Source: Tubiluchus corallicola (taxonomy: Eukaryota; Animalia; Priapulida). From it: DNA of 64,000 bases. Position 1 is the stretch's first letter; each line of letters starts with the position of its first letter. The notes below the pieces were generated by a model that saw only the letters and a program-made list of their open reading frames with translations, did no database searches and had not been told where the DNA came from. The translations under genes were made by a program, and so were the position numbers. The stretch is from the NCBI GenBank assembly GCA_030141605.1, contig JAQGDQ010000015.1, positions 1,116,001 through 1,180,000 of the forward strand, read 5' to 3'. Shown here piece by piece: positions 40,240 to 52,688 of this stretch.

Positions 40240-42593
40240 CTATGAATCAGTTCGCTTGCCAGTCGAGGTTATGGATTGATTACATTCTTGTAGCAAAACA
40301 TCAAGAATTTCATCTGCTAATTCATCTCTGTTATTTCTTGATACCTAAGGTGTATAAATATTTGTATTATGTGTATAATGCATATAAAAATATTACAGTG
40401 TAATGTCAGTGCATAAAGTATAAATGGTTTTGGTACCAAGGTACCTGCACTAGGCAATCTAAGCATTTTCAGCTCATTTGTTCAATTACTTGCTTTGAGA
40501 ATCAATTAATTAACCGCTAATCTGGAATGTAAATGGTATTTGCCATCAAAAAAGCAAGGCACTGCTGGTCAATAAAAAGAGATCTCGCTCAGGAAACATT
40601 TAGTAAGTTATTTCTGAGCCACAAAAACTTTAATTTTTTGTACTTTTACGGTATTAACAGGCTGTTCCAGTTTAAAACTTTGAGTGAAGGCGTAACAAAT
40701 GGCATATGACGTATAAACTCCTAATGAGCTAAATGAACTCACATATATTTATTTCTTCACTCAGCAATAACAATTTTAGAAGATAATCACACTTTACGAG
40801 CTGCAGACTTAGTGGCTGATATAAAGTGAAAATTACTAAGCCAAATTAAGAAATGTACTTCAATTTTCATTTGAACTAAAAAATTTATAATACTAGTTTT
40901 TAAACATTTGCAATCCTGCTTCTTCATATCATAATGAAGCTTACTGTATGCTTACTGTAAATAATTGGACGTCAGGATTGTTTCTGATGGCCTCAACAAA
41001 TGGTATGGCTTTTCCTTTGGCAATAGGAATAGTAGTAAGAATTTTAATTAATGGACTGCAGAACAGTGTTTGAACGCTCTGTTTAAATGTGCTGCTAAAC
41101 AACTCCATCTTGCCAATTTCATCAATAATCACTACTCCATTCTCTTTATCACTCTGAAACACAATTGGCAGGGTTATAAACAATACCGATGACAATTAGA
41201 TATTGCTGCTTAATAAACTAATAACAGAGTGGATTCACTGGACTGGTTTTTTTCAATATGCTACTTACCAACCTCAACTCAGGAAGTGCGAGAGACTCAA
41301 AGGACTCGACATCTACAGAATACTGACCAACACGGTAATCTCTCTTCACATTTGTATTTCCATCACTGCAACATAATATGTATGTGCAAAATGCTGGGAA
41401 ATTACAGGCGCAATGAACTTTCTATAGCAAAGAGACCTTTTTTTAATAAACTCGTTGGATTGCATCTGAGCAGGTAAAGTTGATGGAGCTCGACTGTGCA
41501 CAAGTTGTCCCTACATCTACTGCAGTGTAATTTGTTAGACTGTATATGATTTTGATTGTGCATATACTTTGACTTGTGTCAGCTGCCATATCCACTGTGC
41601 TGTCATTTATTGAGTGTTACTTAACTGCATTCTTATTTAGTTGTGGTAACGTAAAGTCAGGTTTAGAATAAAATCAGATAGAAGAAAATGTGTATGGATA
41701 CTAATGTCAGATTAAAATTACTTAGAATATGGAATATCTTAAAATTATATTAATGTATCTGAAAATAGCAAGATCAAGTAAATTAGTACAAAAAGTAGTA
41801 ACATCCATATCCTAGTGCTACTTACATCAGCATAGACCATAAACACACAAAATTAGCTTGGGTGGCTCATAGCTCAAGGGCATAATGATTATCGCATTAC
41901 GGACTTAACACCAAAAAGCTTTTTTAAAGAATGTTAATTTGATACCTTATTCTTGAGAGAACAGCACGTTGTCCATCTGTTGTAACAACATCAAATCCGC
42001 ACCGTCGCCCTTTTGTGCGCACCTCTTCTGTGAAGAAGCCTCGCACTTTAACATTTTTCATTTTTAGTACCTCACACACTTTTTTCACTAAGGTTGTTTT
42101 ACCAATACCTGCAAAAAAATAAAAATCCTGTAGCATGAATTACTTACTTTAAAAAATCCTGCCATCTACTAAAAATCAGAAAATAAAATAGAGCGACAGT
42201 TGCATAGTTCAGTAAATTTGAAAATTATGTTTGTTTACTGGTCACCCACTATGCATTGACCAGGCTAGGTGTCACTTGTCTTTGCTTGCAATTATTTTCA
42301 GAAACTACTGTGAATTTTTTAAGATTTAAAGGAATTTTGTACTGGAGGACTAGCACATTATGCAAGTGAAAAGAATAATCTATGTTAAGTGGACCAGTTA
42401 ATGCAAATTAGCTTGCTCTTCCTGTATGTGCTTCTGCCTTAGTCATAGTTAATGACCACTGACAAAACAATGCGCTACAGACCTGTCATATTACCCAGTT
42501 ATGGGTAACATAATTTAGAATACAAGAGATTTTTAACCACATACCTGGCTGCCCTGTTAGTGCAACGTGACGAGTTCCAGTACCAGTCGCCAT
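40240..42593 (-). CDS. NTPCR: Cancer-related nucleoside-triphosphatase homolog (NTPase_1/THEP1 family)
   Basis: Five coding exons: 42593-42545 (MATGTGTRHVALTGQPG), 42108-41946 (IGKTTLVKK..GFFTEEVR..GFDVVT), 41365-41269 (RVGQYSVDVESFESLALP), 41153-40956 (IIDEIGKMELFS), 40344-40240 (VSRNNRDEL..*). Walker A GQPGIGKT and Walker B IIDEIGKME are present; phases are consistent. Confidence 0.95.
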
Positions 42594-42931
42594 ATGAACT
42601 TAAACACAAAGTAACAGCATGTGTTAGACAGCGAGAATGATATTGAAATTGATAAGTGTGCATACGATTTTGTCTGTAGCATGTAAGATGCTCGTAGGTC
42701 GCTCAACCACTGGCAATGACTCTAGGCAAAGTAACAAAGCTAGTACTAACAAGGAGTGCTCAGGATGTGGACTTGGGTCAGAATTCTGGTAAAAATAACT
42801 ATCAGGATCTGGTGATAAAAGTTCGGTATTTACCAGATTTATGAATAGCCTATACAAAAAGCAGACAGATTTTGTTTTTCCATGTTATAACCTATAGAAT
42901 GGCAACTGCCTGTGGCTGCCAGGCAACATTA

Positions 42932-45900
42932 AGACATAGACAGAGACATTTTATTTATCTTCTCATTTACACCACAATACAAATAGACTATTATTGCTAT
43001 AGTTATTAATTAAAAAGGATAAATTATGCATAAAGGAAAGAGTTAGGGGGCGGGAGGGTGCAGGAGAAAGGGTAGCGAAAGACCAATTGGTCATCAAGTC
43101 AGCTACCCTTCTCAGGTTAGTGTAAATTGTAAAAAAATTGTAGTGCTGCTAACTGAAAGGTGTAATGTAATTATGAAGTAGGTTAAGAAAATCAACTGTT
43201 AACATAAATTTATAGAGGAAAAAATTAAACTCGAAAGTGAGATAACTAAATACGCTATGCAACAAAGAAGCATTAAAATAAAATGAAAAATATGAAATGA
43301 TGATCAACAAAATATACAAATCATTTAACATTTAAAACATAAAAAAACTAGAAAAATGTCAGACCAAAAGAAAAAATAAAACATAAATAATAAATCAGTG
43401 AAGGAAACAAAGTATGCATGATAGAATCAAACGAAATATAATGAAACAAAAATATGCAATAGTGTTTAATCAAATTATGTTAAGCATAATGATAAAGGAC
43501 TAATATGGCTCAAAAAATATAATAAAACTTAATGATAACTGTGAAACAATGAGCAAAATAATTATAATAAAGTGAATATATATGTAGTGAGAAAAGCATA
43601 ATATGCAAGCAAAAACATCAGTGGAGCAGGCAAAATTTTAAAAAATTATGTATGACAAAGTGTTGCAGCTGCTGGATTTGTTTGAAGATTATGTAAGACC
43701 TATTTCAATCATATTTCGACCTATTGTACTGCATGTTTACCTTTCCTTTTCATAGCTGTGAAGAAATAATAATAACAATTTTACACTTTGATGAAAAGAT
43801 GTACCATGACAATATAATTATAGTTAATAGAATAGTACAAGGGGAATACATTAAAACTAGCAGAGATGATTTATTAGAAATAAATCTTAGCAGAAAAGTC
43901 ACACATGATAATTAGAAATAAGGATGGATTTATAGTTAATTATCAAATAGCTAAAGGTGCCATTTTTTAGTTCATTATGACTGTTCCACAACAAAAGTAC
44001 CTTGATAAGTTAGAGATTTTTGCCCTTTGTTAGTATTAAATCTTTGTACTTAAATAGAAAGTTTGATTAGTGGTAAATCGTGTATGATACACATGCAACT
44101 GGGCTACTGATTTATAGTAATTCTGGAAAATTTCAGGAAGCATATAATGTTTAAATCTATATACAAATTTGGCCAACTCTAATTTATATATGTCCTGAAG
44201 TTTCAAGATTTTATGTTGGTGGTATGAAGATGTAACATAGGCTTTATTTGTATTTGTCCAAAGCTTTATAAATTTATTTTGATTAGTAATTAGGGAATAC
44301 AATGTGAAATGGGGTGCTGAGCCATAGGTAAGTATGCTGTATTCTAAATACGGTGAAAATAGGGAAGAACATAGAAGTTTTTTCAAATCATAATTCAGGA
44401 ATTGCCTAATTTTTGAAAAAATACCTATAATTTTACTGGTTTTATTAACAATATATTGTATATGTGCTTTCATGAAAGATTGTGATCTATTAATACTCCT
44501 AGATATTTTATTTGTTGTACAGATTGTATCCTGTTATTTCCCATTGTCAAATTTAATATCAAATTTTCTACTTTTCTGGGATTACCAATCATCATATATT
44601 TAGGTTTGGAATAGTTTATAGAATATAGTTTATTGGCTCTCATCCATAGATCTACTTTAGCTAATTCAACATTAAGAAATTCTTTTAGGTGATTTATGTT
44701 AGTATCAGAAATGGAAAAGTTATATCATCAGCAAAAAGTCTAGTATGTAATTGAGTATTTAAAGGGAGATCATTTATGTAGAGTAAGAAAAAAAGGGAGC
44801 CTTGAGGAACATCACACTGTACATTTACCAGATCTGAGTTTTTATTCGCGATAGATGTATATTGTTTTCGATTGGGCATATATGAGTGCAGTAATTGAAG
44901 AGGCAGGCCTCTGATACCATAGTGTTCAAGTTTGGCTAATAAAATATCATGTTGTACAGTACCAAAGGCCTTCTTTAAACAGTTAGGAAACGTACCTTCA
45001 GTAATAGCAATGTTAAACAATTCAGTTAGGACAGGGGAATAAGGAGACCAGTTGATTTGTAAAATGATAAAGGAATATTTTCATGACCAGAGACTTTGTT
45101 CTGATTTAAATTATTAATTGCTGTATTTACTTCAGCTTCAATAATGGGCATTAAGAAGAACGAATTTGGCAAAGCACATCCTAGAAAAGACTGAAATGAC
45201 AGTTGTGTGGGCTGCATTTTAGATGCTGTATAAAGACCAATGGAAGCAAAAAAATGTTCACGACTTGACAGATATCAGTTATGTCACTTGAGAGAATGCC
45301 ATCTTTGTATACATTTTTTAGTGTTATGCGTTGATGCAATTTAGCATTAATTAAACTATTTATGGTTGACCAAAGTTTCTTTGTGTTATTTTTACTATTT
45401 TGCAAGATTTCTTGATAGTAGCTTTTTTTTGCTAAGTATTTTATATGGTTGAGTTTGTTAGAATAAACTTTGTATTTATTTCTATTATAAAAATCGTTAG
45501 AGTTTTTAAATATATTAAACAGTTGGCTTCTAGTTTTAATAGATTTCAGTATGCCTGGTGTTATCCATGGCTTGTGAAAAGTTACCACTTCACGTCTTGA
45601 TAAAGTTTTTAGAGGCACATGAGTATTGAGAAATAGATTGAATGTTTGAAAAAAAACTGATCAAAAGTCTTATTAGTAGATAAGTAAGAATAATCAATAG
45701 TATTAATCTGTGTGTGCAATTCATTTAAAAAGGCAGAGGAATTAAAGTTAGTTTTATCTCTAATTGTAATTTTAGTTTTCTGTTTAGTCGGATTTGTATT
45801 TTTGACAATTGCAAAAACAGGCACGTCAGCCACTTCGTAAGTTATTATACCCGATACAATAGGGTTAATCATATCATTAGTATAGATATGGTTTATTAGG

Positions 45901-46440
45901 GTACTAGGGTTTTTTGATATTCTTGTTGGTCTTGTAATTAGAGGAACAAATTGGGTAGAAAATAATACATTTAAGTAATTAGAAATATATGGTATGCTCT
46001 CAAACTGTAATAAATTTAAATTAATGTCACCACATATGTAAGGTATGCTACCTGATTGTTGAATAGCAGTTAATACATGGTCCATTTCCTCTATAAAAGG
46101 CGTAACAGGTGTATTTGGACGTCTGCATAAGGCCAAATAATATACTCTTTGAATTATTTAATGTTGATACACGGATCCAGAGATTTTCTAAATTAATTTT
46201 TGAGATTTCTTTTAATACTTTGCCATACAGTACTTTGGTTATTTCTTTTTCAGTCACTATTTTATATGAATTATTTATAGAATAGTTTAAATTATCTCTA
46301 ATATAGACACCGATGCCACCAGCGTAACGTAAGAGATTAGATTAAGAATTAATTATTTTATCTCACGCCATGTCTCATTTATAATATAATATGATATACT
46401 GATCTCAATTAACTAAGAATTTGAGACAAAATGGCAAAAA
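42932..46440 (-). mobile_element. Degenerate non-LTR retrotransposon (CR1/L2-group LINE; APE endonuclease + reverse transcriptase) with frameshifts
   Basis: APE motifs ETW, GGIGVYI, ICGDINLNLL, PTRIS..STLINHIYTN; linker KPWITPGILKSIK; RT motifs KAFGTVQHDILL.KLEHYGIRG, VPQGS, LYINDLP, FADD. A 3' UTR of about 1 kb has a stem-loop (43064-43113), AATAAA and a (TGTCTN)n tail at 42932-42955. Possible ORF1 remnants extend to about 46900. Confidence 0.92.
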
Positions 46441-47732
46441 ACCATTACGGTCATCTAGCAGCCATCCCCATTTATAAGCATTAGCCATTACTGTTAGTAT
46501 TAATATAATTTATTGAGCGATGCTAGCAGCGGTTTGTGAGAGATTCATATAATTTATAATAAATGTAACTATATAATAAAAGATTAAAACGACGTTAATA
46601 AAAAAAGCTGCACAAGCACAGTAAATTTATTGTAATTGCACAATGTCAATAGTTCGACCACAAACAGTTTTTGCAGTTATCTTGTTAATAATCATGTACG
46701 ATTCATTCCGAGTTTTCTCCGAAAAATTTCTCCTCTCCACAATTCATTGATAGAAGACTATAACTAACAGGCTTCACCAAAGCCTTTATTAAACCTTTTT
46801 AACTCTAAGTTAAAGCAAATTTTATCACCTTTGAACGTTTACGACAAAAATTAATACTGTCCACCGCTGACTTGTCAACAGTGCAGACTGTATATGTACT
46901 TTGCCAGACACACGTAACCGAACCGAAACTGCTCAGTTGAGTAACTTGATTTCAGAGACAAGGGAAGTCTCTGGTTGAGTTTTTATCTTTTCTCTCTTTA
47001 GCTTTTCCACGTCTCTGGTTGAGTTCGTGATTTCCATGCTTTAACATGTACTAATAGTTCAGTAGATTTCAGTGGGCTTTGAAATTGAAGGGTGCTTTCA
47101 GCTTCGAATCACAGAAGCCACAATATTATTCACAAGAATCATTATAATATTATTTCTTCCCATCTCAGAATATGGCGAGTTTTGACAGGAAGTGGCAGCG
47201 GCAGGTGGCGATTTTTTGATGGACCATCTGTTAACTAACCATTGTTCTACAATATAATTTTCTTTTAGTAGTTTGCAACAATAAAATACATCTATTTTGC
47301 GCTACTTGCATTTTTATCGTTTCACGTACGTATTTCTGTTCGACTGTTATTCCCAAAATTAGTCATTTATTTCAGAATTAGCATCAACATCTTCGCACAA
47401 AATGTGCTAAAATAGATCCCATGTAGTATTGCACGCTTATTCAAATCTGTTACACTTATTATACACTATTATATTTTATTAAAGTTTTAAGATTAAAATT
47501 TTAAAAGTGGATTAGCATAAAAGTAGCACAGTCTACTGGTACCCATCTCTGATGAAAGTGTGAAGTTTTTGTCTTTCCATAATGAAATAATCATAGAAAA
47601 AGCCAATGAATTAGTAGGAGAACGAAATCGATCTTTCATAAGCCTTACCGTTAGATCAATGATAATTTATTTATTTATTGTGATACATGCGATAGGCCTA
47701 AAATTAATAGATCTCATAAAACCAAATTTGTT

Positions 47733-47740
47733 TGTTGTTG

Positions 47741-47778
<38 letters not shown>

Positions 47779-47805
47779 ATTATTATTATTATTATTATTA
47801 TTGTT
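47733..47805. repeat. Compound (GTT)n(GCT)n(ATT)n microsatellite
   Basis: Seen directly; explains ORF 47560..47859. Confidence 0.9.
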
Positions 47806-48180
47806 ATCTTTCAGGCTAGCTTGGGTGCAGTGAAGCCAGGTGTATTAATTCTAGAGTGATATTATTCATTTTGAATTTTTGAATTACCTATAGAGTTTGT
47901 TGACATGCTCTTGTGTTGAGTTGTTTAGATAGCTTTAGAATAGAAAAAATCCTGTTCTAGTGATATAGTAGTTGTGAGTTCAGTAGGCCATTGTTGTAGA
48001 ACCAGTATGTCTCTTTGTGATTTCTGAAGATTGGCTTGAAATTTGTTATACAGATCCTCAAACGTTTGTAAGTTTATTTGTTTGCTTAATAGTTCCTGTT
48101 GGTGTTTATTTGATAATAATTCTTTTCATCTCTAGCCATTGCCTAATTATTGATTTTTTTGCAACTGTTTAAAGTGCATG
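47780..48180 (-). mobile_element. Possible 3' fragment of a second, older LINE ending in an (AAT)n tail
   Basis: The decayed minus-strand reading ..ELLSKQINLQTFEDL..FFYSKAI* resembles the C-terminus of LINE ORF2. It is followed by a short UTR and AAT repeats. Confidence 0.3.
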
Positions 48181-48507
48181 CGTAGGCGCGTGTTTTTTGT
48201 GTAGGCATGCACGTGTGTGCATGTGCGTGCTGATTTGTGAATATGCTGGGAAGTTTGTTTGTTAGCAAATTTTTTGCGTTTGTTTTGTAATGCCATATGT
48301 AATGGTTTAATTTTGAATCATCTTCTGCTTCAGTGTGCTTGTTGTTAATTTGCTAACGCTTGTTTCTCATTTACTCGCACATTTACTGTTGCTTTATTTT
48401 TGTTGATATTCTTTTTTCTTGTTCTATTGCAGTTTCACCTTCTTCTTTTTTACAATGAGTGGAAAATGAAAATAAAATCTGTAAAACAAATAGCCAGTTT
48501 TCTACAA

Positions 48508-48536
48508 TTATTATTATTATTATTATTATTATTATT
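48508..48536. repeat. (TTA)n microsatellite just downstream of the CYP stop codon
   Basis: Seen directly. Confidence 0.9.
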
Positions 48537-48603
48537 GATGGAATATATATTGGAATTCATTGTTTATTTTAAGCTCGCAAGTATGATTGAAAACAATTCT
48601 GTC

Positions 48604-51600
48604 TTATCGCAGAGTTAATTTCATTTTAAAATCTTTAGGTGAACAAGTGAAGCCAACAACAGGCTCCAAGTCCAGTCTGGTTTCGCCATCTGGCAACTGT
48701 ATGTTGAAATGCTGAAATATGCTGGTGAAGTACAGGAAAATCTCCATGCGTGCCAACGATTCTCCCAAACAAATGCGGCGACCTATATATATAAACCAAC
48801 AACGAACAATTGAAATAATCATGTTCAAATAATTGACTAAAATTATTTAATTTTGTTTGGCTCAGATAGTAATGCGGTTGCGCCGTAGGCCTACTGTTAG
48901 CTAGAAACTACTACTTTTTTAAACATAAAAACAAGCTTGTTATAGAGATATGCAGGACGTTTACAGTTACAACAATAATATTAGTAGCAAGTAATAACTA
49001 TAGCACAATACTACAAGCACAATTATAGCATGCTAAGCATATGCAACGTAAGATTTTATAGGGTAAAATGTATGCCTTCTTTTATCTTTGTTTTTACATA
49101 CCTACTGAAAACGGCATTAAATTTTCGTTTTTGACAAATCGTCCATTCTGATCCAAATGGCGTTCTGGTCGATATTCGTTTGGTTCTGGAAAATGTTCTG
49201 GACTAAGCAATACTCCAGTAAGGTTGAACACAATTGGCGTCGAGGCGGGTATCGTGTATCCATTAAATTCACACGTCTCTGAAGTAAGGTGCGGTAATGC
49301 TATTGGCGCGATGTTGCCTGTGACATAAGAAAAAGACTGTTATTCGTTTTATAGTCAAGGCAAATCCTAACTCTAATTATGCACTTTGTATATATTCACA
49401 AAATTCTTGAAACTAATTACTATTTTAAGGAACTTAGGAGTGGAATAGTTCATTACATTAGAATGGAAAAAGGTTGAAACAGGAAACAGTTCACGCGAAG
49501 AAACCAGAAATCATGTTTTTTTACCAAGCTTCCATATAAGGCATATTTTTTATCATCTATATATCTTTTTACATGCTTTTTACATTTTTCGTGACAGCTT
49601 TTATTCTTTTAACAATGTAGCGTCAAAAGCTGATACTTTTAGAAATTTATCGACACCAGTAACTGAACTTGCTTTAAGTAAATTTGTCAGAAATGTGACA
49701 ATGGTTTCAAAGCATTTTGTAATTAGGTATTCAAACCATCGCAGAAATTGAATAATGCACTTCTTTAATTTGAATTCATGGCATCAAATATTTTAAATAA
49801 TAAAAGCAGTTTCTGGTTCAGCAAAATTTAACGTTTTTGTAAAAACAATGATGACAACGACAATGTTGGTGGTGTGATTAATGATGACAATAATGGTGAT
49901 GATGACGATTATGATGATGATGATGATGATGATGAAGACGACGATGATGACGACGACGATGATGATGATGGTAACGGGGATGGCATTGTTGACGATGATG
50001 ACGACGACAGGGCAGTTCATCAAATTTTGTTCTCCAGTTCTGAGCAAAATTAGCCACTTCCACAACTAGCAACAGATCTATTACAAAGCCAATAGGCCTA
50101 CTATATGAACAAAACTAGTGACTTGATTTTCCTAGAAATAGATTATGCTGTGAGAATACAACGCAAGTGGTGCCATTTTCCCACTCTCCCCTTTCCTTTT
50201 ACAGGTATGGTTTTCAGAAACTGAACACCTCAAAATGGGTAGAAGATGGGCAATGGTGCACTGAGACAAAGAACGCGAACTAGCTTAATTTAGAATTGAA
50301 TTCACTCACTTTTTTATGTGTTAGAGAAAAAGATGAATTATGAATTTGGTAAATTAAGCAACGTACGAAATCTTAATTCGAAGACGTGCAAAATTTTATC
50401 ATAATACTTATGTTACAAGAAGTTTGAGTGCTATAGAGTGCTCTTACCTAGACGTTGTGTTTCTGTTATACATGCCTCCACGTAGGGCATATTGGAGCGG
50501 TCGCTGCAAGTGGGCAAACGGCTTCTTCCGATGACGTTCTCAATCTCTTGTTGAGCCTTCTTCATTGCTTCCGGGTTCTTCATCATGAAGAGAAATGCCC
50601 AGCGTAATGTTGTGGCAGTGGTTTCAGTACCCGCGAAAAACAAGTCGAAGACGACTGCACTCAGTTCAAATTCTAGTAAAATCGCGAAATCATTTTTTAT
50701 TAATAGACAGCAACCATTGTAAGTGCTGCAATAAATTATTAGAATATTTTAAAGAGAATCTGAACACATTCAATTTCTCATCACACCAAATTCAACAATT
50801 AACAAAGGCCTAATGTAACTGCATTGCAATAAATATCGTAACATTGTTACCAAGCGTAGAAACTGAGAAAAAAGCTAACCATTAAATGTTGTATCTTTAA
50901 CACCCTGGGCATTTAGCTGTTGGATGTGGCTTAAATAAGCATCTATAAAATCCCTGGTATTTTCAGGATCGTGCGAATCGATGTGCTCATTAATGATTTT
51001 CACTATAAAGTCAAAAACCAGCGACTGATTCTTCACAAAATTGTTATAGCTGAAACGAGAAAAAAGTAACTAATAAGGAACTTAAAAGGAAAAGTGAATT
51101 AAAGTGGCAGCCGTCGTCACTACGGCGACCAGCTTACACTAGCACCAGCTACTAGCGTTGGCATGGTGCAAATCCACAATGATAACTAAATTTTGACACG
51201 AAAGTTTAACTTCGAAGTGTGGCAAAAATTAGGATTAGAGGCAGGAACATCTTATGGTCCTAAAGGGGCATCTAAAGGAGTCCAAAAGGAAGCTTAGACT
51301 TCCTATTTGACATTTTGCCTATCAAAATTAGCAGAAGTCACCTCTGTTGAATGAGTGGAAGAAATCGTGTCCATGGGAAGACCTCTACGACAGTTTGAAG
51401 CAGAGTATTGGACGCGTCTTCACTGATACTTTTCATTAGCAGCTTGAATTCTGCATTGTCGTAATCATAAGTTCTGCCGAGTACTACAGAACTGATTACA
51501 TTGGAGATACTATTATTCATCAAAATGCGAACGTTAAACGGCTGTCCATCTTTCTGTTTGAGTTCGTTTAGAAAACGAGCAATTTCTTCTTTGATCTTTC

Positions 51601-52688
51601 CTTCCAAGCTAACTTTTCCCATTCCGAATTCTCTGAGTGCAGTTAAAGCAAATTTTCTCTGTTCTTTCCATACCCTTCCTTCTGATAGCACCAGACCTTA
51701 AAGACGTCGAAAGTTAAAATTATTAAACTACAAAACTTTAGAGCCAATGTTCAAAACTGTCTAAAAGCTGTTAGACACACGCAGTAATAACAAATTACTA
51801 TTTGGTTTATTTTATAATGTTACTGAGGCCTTAAGGCCCGGAATGCGTGCTAGGAAGTGGAAGCCAAAGAGACCCTGGTTTCTTTGCTTTCTATAAGATG
51901 TATTACATCTACTAACTCCTGTTAAACGCATCAAGAAAAGTAAACACAAATACGATAGAATATAATATATAAACTATATACTAAGTTATAAAGCCATGTA
52001 AGCCTAACAAGTGTGCGACAGGCTTTCATTTTTACAATTAGAAAAATAAAGGACAGAAATTAGCATATCGAGCAAGGCAATGTAAGCCTATGATATAAAT
52101 ATGAACACTGATGATCTTTCTATGCTAAATGATATAAACATATACATAACTTTCTCTTATCGCTCATTACGTTGTATCTATCAACATTTTTATGTAACCA
52201 CTGCTGCAAAATTATAATAATTTTACAGGGCATCTGAGCAACTATAGAAACTAATTTCTCTTACTTAAAATCTACCCAGAGTGCTCAGGTTTAGTTTACG
52301 TACCTGGAACATGCTTAATGTGTCCGAATCCAAGTTTTTGCAAAATGTCGTCAATGAAGAAGTTTCGAGGTCGTCCCGAAAAAATCTCTCCTTGTTTTAG
52401 AAAAGCTTCGCGCGCTAGCTCAGTATCATTAATTACAATGTGCAATTTACTTCCTATATAGACACTGAATATTTTTCCGTACGCTTTAGACAACTCTGTG
52501 AAAAATCGTCCTATGTGTTTCCCCGCTGACAGTATAGAACCAATGTAGGGCCACCCAAGAGGACCGGGTGGTATATTAGATGGTCTCTTGAGGTATTGCC
52601 ACAACTTCAGTGCAAGAAACACGCACACGCTGGTTGCTACAAGTTTCAAAATTGTACATCCAAACAGACACGTATTTGTAGCAGACAT
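48604..52688 (-). CDS. Cytochrome P450, CYP2 clan (CYP2J/2U-like; subfamily not assignable), 6 coding exons
   Basis: Exons 52688-52304, 51696-51342, 51049-50880, 50672-50448, 49317-49102, 48782-48604. Motifs: TM anchor + PPGP, WKEQRKF, DPENTRDFIDAYL, I-helix DLFFAGTETTATT, ETQR (ExxR), PERH, heme PFSVGRRICLGESLA. The spliced frame is intact. Confidence 0.95.
49847..50008. repeat. (GAT/GAC)n degenerate trinucleotide repeat in a CYP intron
   Basis: Seen directly; source of the poly-I, poly-H and poly-M ORFs. Confidence 0.92.

Noticed and set aside
49793-50072. Poly-His, poly-Met and poly-Ile ORFs (possible metal-binding peptide)
   Set aside because: All three come from one intronic (GAT/GAC)n repeat; there is no splice or homology support.
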